Assembly (NCBI GenBank): GCA_028534125.1
Contig: CM052818.1
Coordinates: 25,484,001 to 25,548,000 of the forward strand
Direction of reading: 5' to 3'
Length of the DNA stretch: 64,000 nucleotides
DNA from: Lama glama
Taxonomy: Eukaryota
Shown: one piece after another, positions 50,843 through 63,189 of the stretch
How positions within the stretch are numbered: position 1 is the stretch's first letter
Layout: every line of letters starts with the position of its first letter
The notes under the pieces: model-generated
Told to the model about the DNA's origin: nothing
The model's input: the letters and a program-made list of their open reading frames with translations, nothing else
The model's database searches: none
Made by a program: the position numbers and the translations under genes

Positions 50843-53171
50843 CTAAATAATACACAAAGAGTGAATTCACTTTGCTATAAATTGTTATAAATGGTACCAC
50901 TGACACCTTGGATGTTTCTTTTGTTTGAGAAACCCAGCTCTTGAACATGTACAGACCTCATTTACTAGTAGACTAAAGTTTGGACAACCTACGGCAACCT
51001 TGGCCCCCTTCATCTGGGGAAAAGAGGGTGGTCTTTATATCACACATGCTGAAGCTTGATACTGACAGGAAAGCAGGCAATTATTTAAGTTTACAAGTGC
51101 TCCTGCAAGCTACTATTTATTGTAACACCTGTAATTAAAAAGAGATTTACTTGAAAAGCAACATATACATGTGAAAGACAATGCTGAATTCTCAGAATTC
51201 CATGAAAGAAGGGCTGGGTCCTATTATCCCTGGTTGTGAAGAGAAGTTGCAGAAACTCAAGTTATTTTTTCCTTAAAAAGTGAAACGATAAAGAGTTATA
51301 ATTAAGTGTATCTGAATATTTCTTTAAAAGGGAAGAAGTTTTTATATATATTCTTGTAGGATATGGAAAAGAAGATAATTGCATTTCCAGTGGCAGGAAA
51401 TACCTGCAATGGTAGAAGCGCAGCTGTTGATAGTGATGTGAATCATCTTCAGCTGTCAAGCCTGGTTGTGTAGAAATACACACCTGGATTTTTAGTGTCA
51501 ACTTCTAACTGAGGAGAGTGTCAATTTTGGAGTCAGATCCTAGCATTCTCCTATAAGTACTAAGACCTGAGACAAGTTGGTTAACCTCTTTGTAGTGGTT
51601 TCCTCATTCATAAAATACCTATAATAACATTTCACAGAGCTGTCTTGAGAATTAAATGAAGAAATATAGGTAAGGTGCCTGCCACAGTACGTGCTTGGTG
51701 CATAAAAGATGTTCAAGAAATTTTAATTCTTCTCTCCCGTTTACGTGGCAAATCAAAAAATTACGCACAAACAGAAGTGTGGAGAAAATGGAGCACTTCT
51801 AAATTTCGGTTTTATTTATTGAACAAATGAAAAAAGCATTTTCAACAGACAGGAAGTTAAGAAAATAATAACAATAAGAAAATAATAACAAGGTAATAAT
51901 ATTACTTTCCTGGCTTTTGTGATCTTACAGTCTGCTAAATAAAGGAATGCTTAGCTCTAGATTGCTTTTTAAAACAAAACTATTTAGCAGGTTTTTCTAT
52001 AATTAAAAGTATCTACCAAGTATACTTATTTTAAAGGGATGGAAGTGAAAATCCAGGTACCTTAACAATTTCTTCAAATGCATATTTTTAAACATTTTTA
52101 AAAAATCTGTTTAACCAAATGGTTCTAACTTGCAATGGCATCTCCAATTATAAAGTGACTTCCTCTCCTATACCACATTTTCAAAATACAAGTGTTTTGG
52201 TTCACTGTGCTTCAGAAGTTTTCTTTAGAGGGCTAGGAGGAGGGAGAAATAAGAGGAACCAAGGAGACCATTCTGAGGAAAAAAGTAGGACCTGCCAAGT
52301 GTTTGGAGCAGAAAGATTGGGAAACAAAATGAGTAACCTGTTTTTCATTCCAATCATTTTTAATTCTAATTAATCTTTGTGATGGATTTCAGCACATGTC
52401 CTAATTCCATCATCATGATGGATTAAACCACCAGATCAACTGCATTTGATCTGGTAATCGTCATTATATGAATTCATCCTCTGTGAGCAAAATGAAATTG
52501 ATGGCTATATAATAACAAAGCAAAATGTAGGCAAGTTTTAAAACTGAAGGAAGGAAACCTGGCATTCACTCAGGCTTCCTGCTTGTAAAAAAAAAAAAAG
52601 GGAACCATTTTCCAACAGAAATAGGTTTCATTTTCACTGCTCCCTTAGGTGGACGTGTGGAGTTTTCCCTAGGAGCCAAAGGCTGCAGCAGGGTCCTAGG
52701 GGAAAGGACTTTTCCTTTCCTGTAAACCCCCAGCTGTAAAACCCCAGCTGTCAACAAATTAAAAACTATCAGTAAATTTCCCTAACAGCCAGATTATATA
52801 AGGACTTCGGGAATTCTGAAACCCTTTTGAGCTATGAGCCTGCTTCCTTTCCATATGTTCACTTTGAGCCCCGTAGAGACCTGCCACTGAAGTAATACTC
52901 CTGCTTTGGTAAACAGCTTCACAACCACTGACCAGCCAGGGAGGGGATGCTGTAGTGAATACAGTCATACACTTGAGACATCCCTTTTAAGATGCTTGGG
53001 GCTTTTAAACCCTTTAGCTGCTACAGACTGATTTTCCAGTAAAACTGGCCATTCCTTTGTGAATAAAAAATATTCTGGAGACATGGACTTATCATCTTTT
53101 TTCTGCTCTCTCTTCAGCTTTCTTATTTGACAGCCCACAGCCCACCCCAAGGATTAGAAATGGGTGTCTAC

Positions 53172-53315
53172 CTTGTTCTCCAGCGAGTTGAACACGTTCC
53201 TCATCTCGTTGATTTTTTCATGAAGCTGCTCTAGAGAGGTTATGATCCCTCCATCTTGCCGCTGAAGGCGGGCTCCCACTGGAGGCAGGTTCAGGGAAGA
53301 CTTGTACTTCGAAGC
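53172..53315 (-). CDS. Putative in-frame ARHGEF33 cassette exon, ASKYKSSLNLPPVGARLQRQDGGIITSLEQLHEKINEMRNVFNSLENK
   Basis: AG at 53316-53317, donor AAG|gtagac, 144 nt, phase 0-0 inside a phase-0 intron, no stops, heptad-like C-terminal half. The polypyrimidine tract is weak and there is no transcript evidence. Confidence 0.5.
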
Positions 53316-54535
53316 CTACGGTACCACAGAGGGCATCTTAGGCTCAAAGAAATAGGGGAGAGGAGTCCGAATTCTTCCTATTTCCTGCTCTTAATTTTCT
53401 TTCTCTCTCTCTCTTTTTTTTTCTTTTTCACTTTCTTGCCTTCTTAACTCTTCTCAAGGTGGCTTCTAGTCAATGTCTTCCAATTTTTTTTTCCACCAGA
53501 GATTCCTCAAACTAAATTTTCTCAAATTATTCAAGTTGTTCCAACTTGTTTTTTTTACACAGACTTCTCCTTCCTTTCTGTCCCATTATTAAGGTTGGAA
53601 GGCTACTGTGAGGCAAATTCAGGGGACTGGACCTATGTCTTGAGAACTCTACAAAGTCATAAATGTCAAGATCTGAGAAATCTCCACAAGGTAGGCCAGA
53701 TTCCTCCAATGCCTGGCTAAAGGCTCTATAGGAGCAAAAGCCTGAGTATTTTGAAGTAGCACGTGATGGCAAGGATGCCATGGTAATTGCTTTGGTTTCC
53801 CCCTAAATCATGGTTGTTACATGGTCTTTCTGCCAGCTTCCTAATTTTGGGCCTCTTTATTAATTCAATGCAACAGATTAATCCATTGCAATTAATTTAA
53901 TGCAGTGATTTAAAACACAAAATGGGCAGCAAACATTTTGAACAGTCAAGAGTAAATTTCCCAGATGTATTCCTCTACACTTCCTGCAGAAGTTGATCTT
54001 AAAGTCATTCTTACAGGGCACTATTGAAGCTGATATGAAGCCTGGTGTGCTGGAAATTTATCTTATCTATTCCTGGATACACCATGTATCTAGTAGAGTT
54101 AACTTCTCTGGTGTTAGAAGAACATTCCTCAATGGTAAAAAGAGACTGAGGCTCAAACAGGACTTTCAGTTCCTAGGAAATGTTCAATAGCAGTTTTGGT
54201 GATGAAACCTATTACTGCAGGACTGGTTCCCGTGGTTTTTCAGTTAGAATTTCTTTGGGCACGTAACTCATTTTCTTAAATTATTTTCATTACAGAGGAA
54301 AATAAAGAAGAAAAAAAGAGAATCACCCCCAAATCTCATTACTTTAATATAACCAGTGACGTATTGACATATTCTCTTCTATTTTTTTCTATGAATATAA
54401 ATGCAGATATTTATATAGGTGAAATCACACTAAAGATACATTTTGATTCTGCCCTCCTTTTTTTTTTGCCTAACATTCTTATAAGCCCTTTCCTTTAGCC
54501 CTCACATTTTTTTCTGTGTCTATTTTTAATGGCTG

Positions 54536-54684
54536 GGGGAGGGTATAGCTCAAATGGTAGGGTGCATGCTTAGCATGGATGATGAGGTCCTGGGTTCAAT
54601 CCCCAGTACCTCCTCTAAAAATATAAATAAGTAAATCTAATTACCCTCTCACCAAAAAAATAAAATAAAATAAAACTAAATTAC
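54536..54684 (+). mobile_element. tRNA-derived SINE (Vic-1-like)
   Basis: ggggagggtatagctcaaatggtag...cctgggttcaatccccagtacctcc; TSD ttttaatggctg at 54524-54535 and 54685-54696. Confidence 0.9.
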
Positions 54685-57600
54685 TTTTAATGGCTGTATA
54701 ATATTCCATCACAGATGTGTCAGAGTTTACCTACTCATTCACTCTTGCTATAAATTTATATTCTTTGTAATTTTTCAATATAAATAATGCATTGAAATAT
54801 AATACTTGTTATTTAAAAGTTTGTATATATTTTAGATGATTCCCTTAGGATAAATTTCTAAATATGAAATTACTGTGAGTCAAAGGATGTTAGGTAGGAT
54901 TTGACCCAAAAGGAAATGTACTATATTGGAGGGATTAAATTAAATTAAATTTAATTTAATTTAAATGTATTAAATTAATAACTATGCAAAATATATTTCA
55001 CTAGAAGGTTTAAAAAGTTATAATAATATGGTTGTATATTCTTAGAAACATTCTGTATTATGTACAGTGTCCTAAATTAGCGTATTTGGAAAAACATGTC
55101 TTGGACAGGATGTATGAAGCATAAGTAATATAAATGGTGGAAGCTGAAGTGTTTACATTCCTAAGGTTACAAGTGAGCCAAAAACACAGCTGGAGTTCAG
55201 ATCATTTGTATGAGAGTTGAGCTAGAACTCAGTTGTGCAGTTACCACATCTGTTGCCTTACTCGGGGACCTCACCCTCCACTTCTCATGTTAATAGGATC
55301 AGAATTTTAAAATGCATACGCAAAATAAGGTAATCAAAGGTGAAACAACACAGTCTGACTCTGGAGAAGCAATTGGGGTGGAGTTTGAGAGGGTTATGTA
55401 CAGAGGATAAAGGACAAGAAGGAACATGGGTGGACTTGGATTCAAATAAAAGGGAATACACTAAGCTAAGGCACAGTCAGTGGACACCACACTGATTCAC
55501 CTTGTTCCACGGTGGTTGTACCTGGAATGAGCTGGGAGATGGTAGTGCTCATACTCCTGTTGGCTTCTGTGACCTGATTTAGGGCACTGTACCTTACTCT
55601 TAACAAGGAGGTCATGTCCATCCAAAGAACAGGGAGTCAATTAGGGATGTGAACATTTTAACACTTTTCCTGCACTTTAATAATTTTCATAAAAGACTCC
55701 ATCAATTTATACACACTCATTGGAACTAAATACTAGTATTTATTTTATTATTTGCTAATTAGGTAGTCAAAAATAATACTCCTTGTTTTAATCATTATTT
55801 CTTGGAGCTTCAATCTTTTCTTCTATTTATTAGCCATCTGTAATTTTGCTTTGGTAAATTGTCTGTTTGTGTTCTTTGCCCATATTCTACTAGGGTTTCA
55901 GGAGTTTTTTCTTTTTTATTTCTATGAACTATTTATATTATCATTAAACCTCTGTAATATTTTTGTAGGAATTTTCCCAGTTTTGTTATTTGTCTTTGAG
56001 TTTGTTGAAAATATTTTTACTTTGGAAAAGTTTTTAATTGTGATGTGGTTGAACCCTCTAACCCCTTCCTTTGTGATTTCTTCATTAGTGCTTTTTTACT
56101 TAGACGTTTAACATCCACAGACAAATATTCACTAATTCTGAACTCTTATGGTTTTATTTTTTATATTTAATCATTCAATCCACTTTTGAGTTTATTTTGA
56201 TTAAAGTATAATGTGAAGATCTCTCCTTTCTTTTGCAAAGAACCAGACAATTTTCCAAACACCATTTGGCACCAGAGACTAAATGACTTCATCAGACCTC
56301 TTGGCTCAAAGCAGTATACACATCTTACAATATTCATTCATTCATTCAACTATTTATTGAATATGTATTATATTCCAAGCACTATACTTTATTCTGAGAA
56401 TACAACAGAGAGCAAAATGTACTAAATCCCTGCCCTTGGAGCTTACATTCTAGAGAAGGAGATAGACAATTATAAAATAAATAAGTTAATATTTACTGTA
56501 ATGTCAGGTAGGGATGGGGGGTCTATTGAGAAAATAAAATAAGGAGATAGAAAATGGCTGAGATGTCACATTTTGCTTCAAATTTCGTTTTTGCTCTCCC
56601 TTTTTAGTGTAGATTGTGTCTATTATGGTTAACCTCTCCCTGCTTCCCTCCATCCTCTTCCTCTTCTTCTTTGTTTACTTCTCCTCCTTCATCTTCTTTT
56701 GGTTAAATGTTGCTTGGAGTAAACAGACTAGGGCTTAGGAAGCATTCTTTTAATACAAGGGTGGGGTTATGATCACAGCATCACAGAGGTCATATAGACC
56801 AACTTCACTTCCACTGCTTCACTTGTTCCTCTGTGAACAGATGTACTTGGATTTGTGATACAGTAAGAGAATGAGGCCACCCCCTGCAGCTATGTTTAGC
56901 CAACATTCAGGGAGTGACCTACATAAAATCTATAACAGGCTTTAAATCATACCTGAGTTTAAAGAGATAGTCACATTCATTCAAATGCCATACACAGACC
57001 AGACATTAACAGATGGGGAGGTGGGTGAGGAACACACCTTGGAGGTCTTGGACGCATGAGGCGTCAAATCAGCACTGAATGAAGACTCACTCCAGTTTCC
57101 AGGCCTTTGTTCAAGCTAGTCCCTCTGCCTGAAATACCTTTCCCCAGATCCACTTACCAAATGATCAACTTGTCCTTAAATGCCTGGTTCAAACCCTTCA
57201 GTCAGTATTAATTCACTCCTTGTCTGTATCCCACAAAATTTTGTCAATGCTTCTGCTGTAATTCTTGTAACAGCCTACCTTGTATGAGATATTTATTGTA
57301 TGTGTTTTCCAGGACACTTAGAAATCAGTGAGGATGTCTGTTTCATCTGTTTCATCTCCCATTAGGCCAAGCAATAGACTCTGCACATAGTAATTACTCA
57401 ATAAATATGCATTAAGCTGAAACAAAGCTGTTTCCCTTACGCCCTCTCATTGCTGGTCTGGGTTTAGGAGCAACCTAATTAAAATGTTTTTATAATCCTG
57501 TGCTGGCTTGCCCTAAGTGGGTCCACAGCAGTGCTCTCTTGTGTAGTATTTCTGGAAGCTAGTTATTTTCACTTTACTGTTACTTAAACTCAATAAGTCT

Positions 57601-58461
57601 AAATTACATTTCCTCCAAACTATCTGTTCTTCTGGATTCCTACATCTCTATCCAGGAGACCACTCTTTTTCCTAGTTACCAGGGCTTAAAACCTTAAAGT
57701 AAACTTAAAAATCACCTTTTCTCCCAACCCCCACCAAACCCTGTCAATTCTTTTTTCCTTCTCATGCATTCCGGATAACAGTGCCTTTACCGTTGAGAGA
57801 AGCATGGATTTCCTTAACCCGAGCTGCTTTTACGTTACAAATTATGTCAGAATAAACTCTATGATTTTTAAGGACAGAAATTTACTTCAAATTACAGTTG
57901 GAAGATAGAAGTCAAAGAAATATTATCAAGAGAGTCAAAGCAGCCCAATGTGACTCTCACTGCAAACATTTTATATACTGTTTTGGAGAACGTTTATCTC
58001 CCTTGTAAATTACATTATTCTCATTCTTTAAAAGGAGCTTAAGTGTTTTTCTAACATCGTATTTGAACATTTGCCTTGTTAACCCCCTTCTATTCTCAGT
58101 TCTCCCTGCTAAAATAAGAAACTAGGAAAAATAGAACTTGCTCTCTCTCCTTCTCTCTGATGGAAATGTTACTGCACAGTGTAATGGCCACAGTGATGGT
58201 GGCAGCAGTCAAGAAGAGCAGAGCTGATGTGGGAGGGGTGGTGCTGTATTTTATAGACTGGATAAGTTGACCTTCAGTAATCAATTCTCTCCAAAGTACA
58301 ACGTGAATGGTGCTCTCAACCTTCTGCCTATCTCACAGTCTTAAGTGAACAAATACAATGATATATGTGGGAGCTTTTTTGAGTGCTAAAAAAAAATTTA
58401 TACATAAAGGACAGCCATCAGTGTTACACATAGGAGAGCTGGAAACAATCTATGTCTTTAC

Positions 58462-58511
58462 CTGGTAAATCTGTGTGGAAGGATTATTCATTGGCTTGTG
58501 TTCATTCTCTC
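58462..58511 (-). CDS. ARHGEF33: ARHGEF33 second coding exon, (G)ENEHKPMNNPSTQIYQ
   Basis: Acceptor tttctccctacag, donor gtaaag, phase 1-0, 50 nt. Confidence 0.93.
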
Positions 58512-60046
58512 CTGTAGGGAGAAAGAGCTTCGGTTAATCAAGCAGCTCGTTCTGTCCCTATGTTCTTCAGACACATGCAGGGAATAAGGGGACTTACAAG
58601 ATCCTAAATCTGTGCCTGCCTGACAGGAAACCAATGATTCGACAGGAACAGAAGATAAATGGACGTAGGTGATTGTATATTACATCTCAGTGACCAAACC
58701 CTATCCACCTGATACAACTCTTGTAGTAGAAAACCACGTTCTACCATGGTGGGGAAGTTTCCCGAACTGAATGATGAACAATCATTAGTTAGCCAGAAGG
58801 GAGTGCCCATGAAAGTCTCTGCCTTATTCTTGGGGCTGACTGATGTTTACTGAGGGGACAGTTCCACAGGCAGGAAGGAAGTTATCCAGCTGTCGCTCTG
58901 TTGTTCTCAGGAGGCCTGTGTAAAATATCCCTTCCTTCTCCTGCCTCTCATCCTTGCTAAACTTCTGACCTCTGCCCTCCTGTCACTGTCCAGATCAGCT
59001 AAGGGAATCTTGCTGTCCTCCTGGCAAGAGGGTTGATAGAGGGAATTGTCAAGCAAAGGTCTGGAAAGGATTCAAGCAGGAAGAAAACAGAATTGTCAAC
59101 ATTAGAGACTGTGAAACACATGCCAAACACAAAGGATGTAATAAGTTATAGAAACCATTTACACCTAAGGAGGAAGAAAGGTTGGCCTAGAATGTACCAT
59201 TCAGAATCACACTGGCCCTGGAGAGGAAGCAACCATGTAAAATGTGAAGCCCACGGGCAGCCTGTGCTTATCGATTCTGCTACATCTCCTTGTGTCACAT
59301 GTATGAATCAGGCAGTTTATAGACAAAACCCCCGGTTGCAAACATTTAGTTGTATGGGTGTGTATATTGTTCTCCTAAGAAATGCAGGTACAGGAGACCC
59401 TTAGAGGAACAAGCCTCAGTATGTTACATTCATAAATAATGCATAACCTCAGCCCAGAACTCATACACTGAAGGCTGTCCCTGTAAAATCCAGATAGTTT
59501 GAGATTGTCAAAATTCCCACACAAGCTTGAGTGAAGACTACTTTGCCCATTTAATGGCAAGAACAAGAACTTGGGAACAGAGGCTGGCTCCCAGATCAAA
59601 CACTGACACTTTGTGAGTATCACCCGACATCTCTATGACTGTTTCCTCACCTGTCATTTGGAGATGATCACAGAACCTACTTTTGTATGGTTGATTCTGT
59701 ATGGTAAAGATTAAAAGAGAAAGCCCTTGTGTTTCTAGGCCAGCCAAGAAAGTGTTGGATGTCTTAGTCGAACATGTATTTTGGCCTTATTCAGCAGGTT
59801 GGTCTGAAGCAGTCCTAAAGTTGCTGCTAAGAAAATTAAGATAACTACTCGGACCAAATTACACACATGTAGCATTTCCTGTTTCTTCAGCACCAAGTCT
59901 CTGCTCTTTCTGGTCATTCTGTTATGATGAGGAAATGAGACTAGTCAAGTTAACTATTATCTTGTTTTGAAACAACAGCAAGACAAGCCTGTAACCTGCA
60001 TTTCTTAAATTCTGAGCCTTAAAGCAAGATACAGGAGAAATCTAAC

Positions 60047-60071
60047 CTTGCTTTGTTTTGGTTTTTTCCAT
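60047..60071 (-). CDS. ARHGEF33: ARHGEF33 first coding segment MEKTKTKQ(G); exon including 5'UTR spans about 60047-60157
   Basis: Strong Kozak ggcaccATGG with an in-frame stop upstream; donor gttaga; acceptor ggacag at 60158-60159. Upstream non-coding exons and the promoter were not found in the window. Confidence 0.92.
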
Positions 60072-60460
60072 GGTGCCTGTTTCTTCTCTCCTCCAGCTTA
60101 TTCTTCAACATTGCATCTTCACTGTTCCTGGATCAGGCCATCCTCTCTTCCCCGGACCTGTCCATTGAAATGAAGAGTAAGAGACAGCAGGTGGAACAGG
60201 TGAAGTGACTGGACTTATTTTTTGTGTTAGCGTTATTATTATTTTTTTACTTGACTGTTGTTTTATTGTTTTGTGTTTTATTTCTTTAACCATTTCATAC
60301 ATTTTTGTATCCTGTACCTGATAATTCAATGTCTTAAGTTCTTGGGTGTCTAGATCAATGTTATATTTGTTTCTGCCAACTATTCATGTTGCCTTGTTTC
60401 CTTTGATACTTGATAACTGATGAATGCTAACTCAAATTTTGGCATTCTAAGAGCTAAAAG

Positions 60461-60531
60461 TTTTTTAATTGAAGTGTATTTGATTTACAATGTTATGTTA
60501 GTTTCAGCGTACAGCAAAGTGGTTCAGTTAT

Positions 60532-60562
<31 letters not shown>

Positions 60563-60660
60563 AATTCTTTTTCAGATTCTTTTCCATTATAGGTTGTTAC
60601 AGGATATTGAATATAGTTCCCTTAGCTATATAGTAAGTCTTTGTTGTTTATCTATTATGT
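60461..60660 (-). mobile_element. L1 3'-end fragment containing an (AT)n microsatellite
   Basis: ttttttaattgaagtgtatttgatttacaatgtt...ttcagattcttttccattatagg...ttgaatatagttccc resembles the antisense of a laurasiatherian L1 3'UTR. Confidence 0.75.
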
Positions 60661-61085
60661 GTTAACTTTAAAAAACTGAAATGAACACAGACATTTGTGG
60701 CAACATGTAGTATGTACAATTTCAGAAGAGTGAAAATATTAAGTTGAGTATTTAGCTTTAAACTCAAAGGTAAATATTTTGTCAGTAAGTATGAAATTCA
60801 TTACTTAACATTATGGTAGATTTTAATATGCTATATTCTTTTGGGAATCAAATCAATTAATTTAAACCCATTGATTTAATAGCAGGGTATAGTTCAGGGA
60901 AATTAACTTGAGTAAGTATGAAGGCTAATATATCTGTTTCTATTTCATTAAATAGTAAATTCCTTGAGGCCTTGTCCCCACTTTTAGCATCTGGTAGACC
61001 CCTTTACACCAGGAGATGCTTGTTAAATGTGGCCAGGCTGTTGTGACTGTTAGACTTGAAACTGCCAGTTCAGAATGCAATCTAA

Positions 61086-61647
61086 TAATCAAAAATAATC
61101 AGTATTGTGGACATTGGCCCTCTTTTTAGCCATCTAGAATTGTAAACCTTTCCAGTAATAGGGAAACTTCCCAACCTTATGCAGCTTGATCAGAGGCCTC
61201 TCCTTACAGAGGCTGAAAGTGCCAGGTTCTCCTAGCCTCCCTTGCAGCTAAGGTATGATGGACACATGATGCTTCTCTGATACACCCACCCCAACTGACA
61301 CTGGCAGCTGCAGGAGGATTTCCTAAGGCAGATATACTTAAATACTTTCTCCTTTCTTAGAAACAAAAAGAATTCCTAAGGCAGCAGCAGCAGTGAGGGT
61401 AGTGATAATGACCACGATCTGGTACAGACAGTGTGGGTAACTCAAGCTGCTGCGAGTGGTGCTTTCCTTACCAGAACAGCTGTACTGTATGACTGGGGGC
61501 ACTGCTGCTGTCTGCATAATCCCAAACTCGGTTCCCTGGGCTCCCAGCAATTCTATGAGCGGCCCATAACCTTTTAACAAATTTCTTTGCTGCTTAAATC
61601 AGACAGAATTGTTTTCTGTTACTTTGCAATTAAGAAACCTGATTGAA
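61086..61647 (+). mobile_element. MaLR (MLT1-like) solo LTR (boundaries approximate)
   Basis: Begins TG; internal agcctcccttgcagctaagg; 3' end gcttaaatcagacagaattgttttctgttactttgcaa resembles MLT1 termini. Confidence 0.55.
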
Positions 61648-61791
61648 GGGGGAGGGTATATCTCAGTGATAGAGCATGTGCCTAGTGTGCACAAGGTCCT
61701 GGGTTCAATCCCCAGTACCTCCATTTAAAAATAAATAAACACATAAATAAAATAAATAAACTGAACTACCTCCCCCCCAAAAAATAAAAAA
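61648..61791 (+). mobile_element. tRNA-derived SINE (Vic-1-like)
   Basis: Head with B box GGTTCAATCCC; TSD aagaaacctgatt(g/a)aa at 61632-61647 and 61792-61807. Confidence 0.9.
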
Positions 61792-63189
61792 AAGAAACCT
61801 GATTAAAACAGTCAAAATATTATTAACACTATCCAAGACTGAGAAAACACAAGTTAAAACTTTGTTCGTTGCTCTAGAAAAGACATATCTGCTCCATAAT
61901 GACAAAATGCAGATCAGTAGTTGCCTAGGGCAGGAGGTGAGAGTTAACTGGGAAAAGGCACAGGGAACTTTTTAGGGTGATAAAAATGTTTTGTTGCTTA
62001 ATTGTGGTTAGTGGTTATACTGGTGCATAAATTTGTCAAAACTTATCAAAATGTGTATTTTTGACAATGTGCATTTTATCCTATGAATTTATACCTCAAA
62101 ATAGGATTGACGTTTCATTCACATATTGAGGTTTGTAAAGGAAAAATGATAAAATTGCCAGAGTCTGGAGGGTGCATATAGATGAAAAAGCATTGGTCAA
62201 TAGCTACGCAGTTATAAATGAAGGATATAAAATAAAGAAAGACCTGAAGTGAAGGCCACCTGCTATTTGGAATCTTGTACATTTGTACACTTTTCATGTG
62301 AGCATGAAAGCTTTGTCAAGATAAGGCATCTTCCCTAGCTATCTGAATCTCTTTCCTAGCTGATATAAGCATTGCTAAGGTGAAAAGTTTCTTCTCCTTA
62401 GCAATTGACCATTTATTTAATATTTAGTGCATTCCATAATGAGTATAATTAAATTACAAAATGTGACAGCCAAAAGGCACTGAGAAAATTATTTCATCCA
62501 ATTTCTTCATTTATAGGAGAAGCAACTGAGGCCTGGAGAGAGGAAGAAAAGTGACCTGCTCAAAGCCACACAGCTTTGAAAATAATTGTTAGAGGTGATT
62601 TCTGTTACCTTTTTTGGGGAAAAAAAAATCTTGAAATACATAAAGCCATATTTTTATGGATAATTAATTCCAGACGATTTAATTATCTAATCTACAACTA
62701 ATTAAAAACAAACCAAAAAAACTCTTTATCAATCATAGATAAAATGTAAATTTGTGCATTTTCAGAGCTAGGACATCATCAAGCTCACATATGTACAAAT
62801 GGTAACTGATTTCAAGCAGTAATAAGAGGTATGTGATTGCTGAAAAATAAATGAGAAATTTTATTTTTTTAAATTTAATTGCAAAAACAACCAAGCTACA
62901 TTTCAAAACATTTAGAAAATGTAGAGGGAATAAAGCAACTATAATGCCTCTACTTAGCCATCGCGATCATTTGATTGTATTACCAGGTAATCATTTTTCT
63001 CTTGAATGTTTTACATGATTGTTAATGGAGCCTACCTGTCATTTTTATCTCCTTTTTCACCTATGTTATAGCATACACATTTTACTTTGTTTTACAAATT
63101 GGATCATTATTATCCATGTTGTTTTTATTGTGGCCATCTGTGCAGAGAGTTCCTCCCTAGTCCCAACCAGTGTTAACCGTCTGCTGGTA

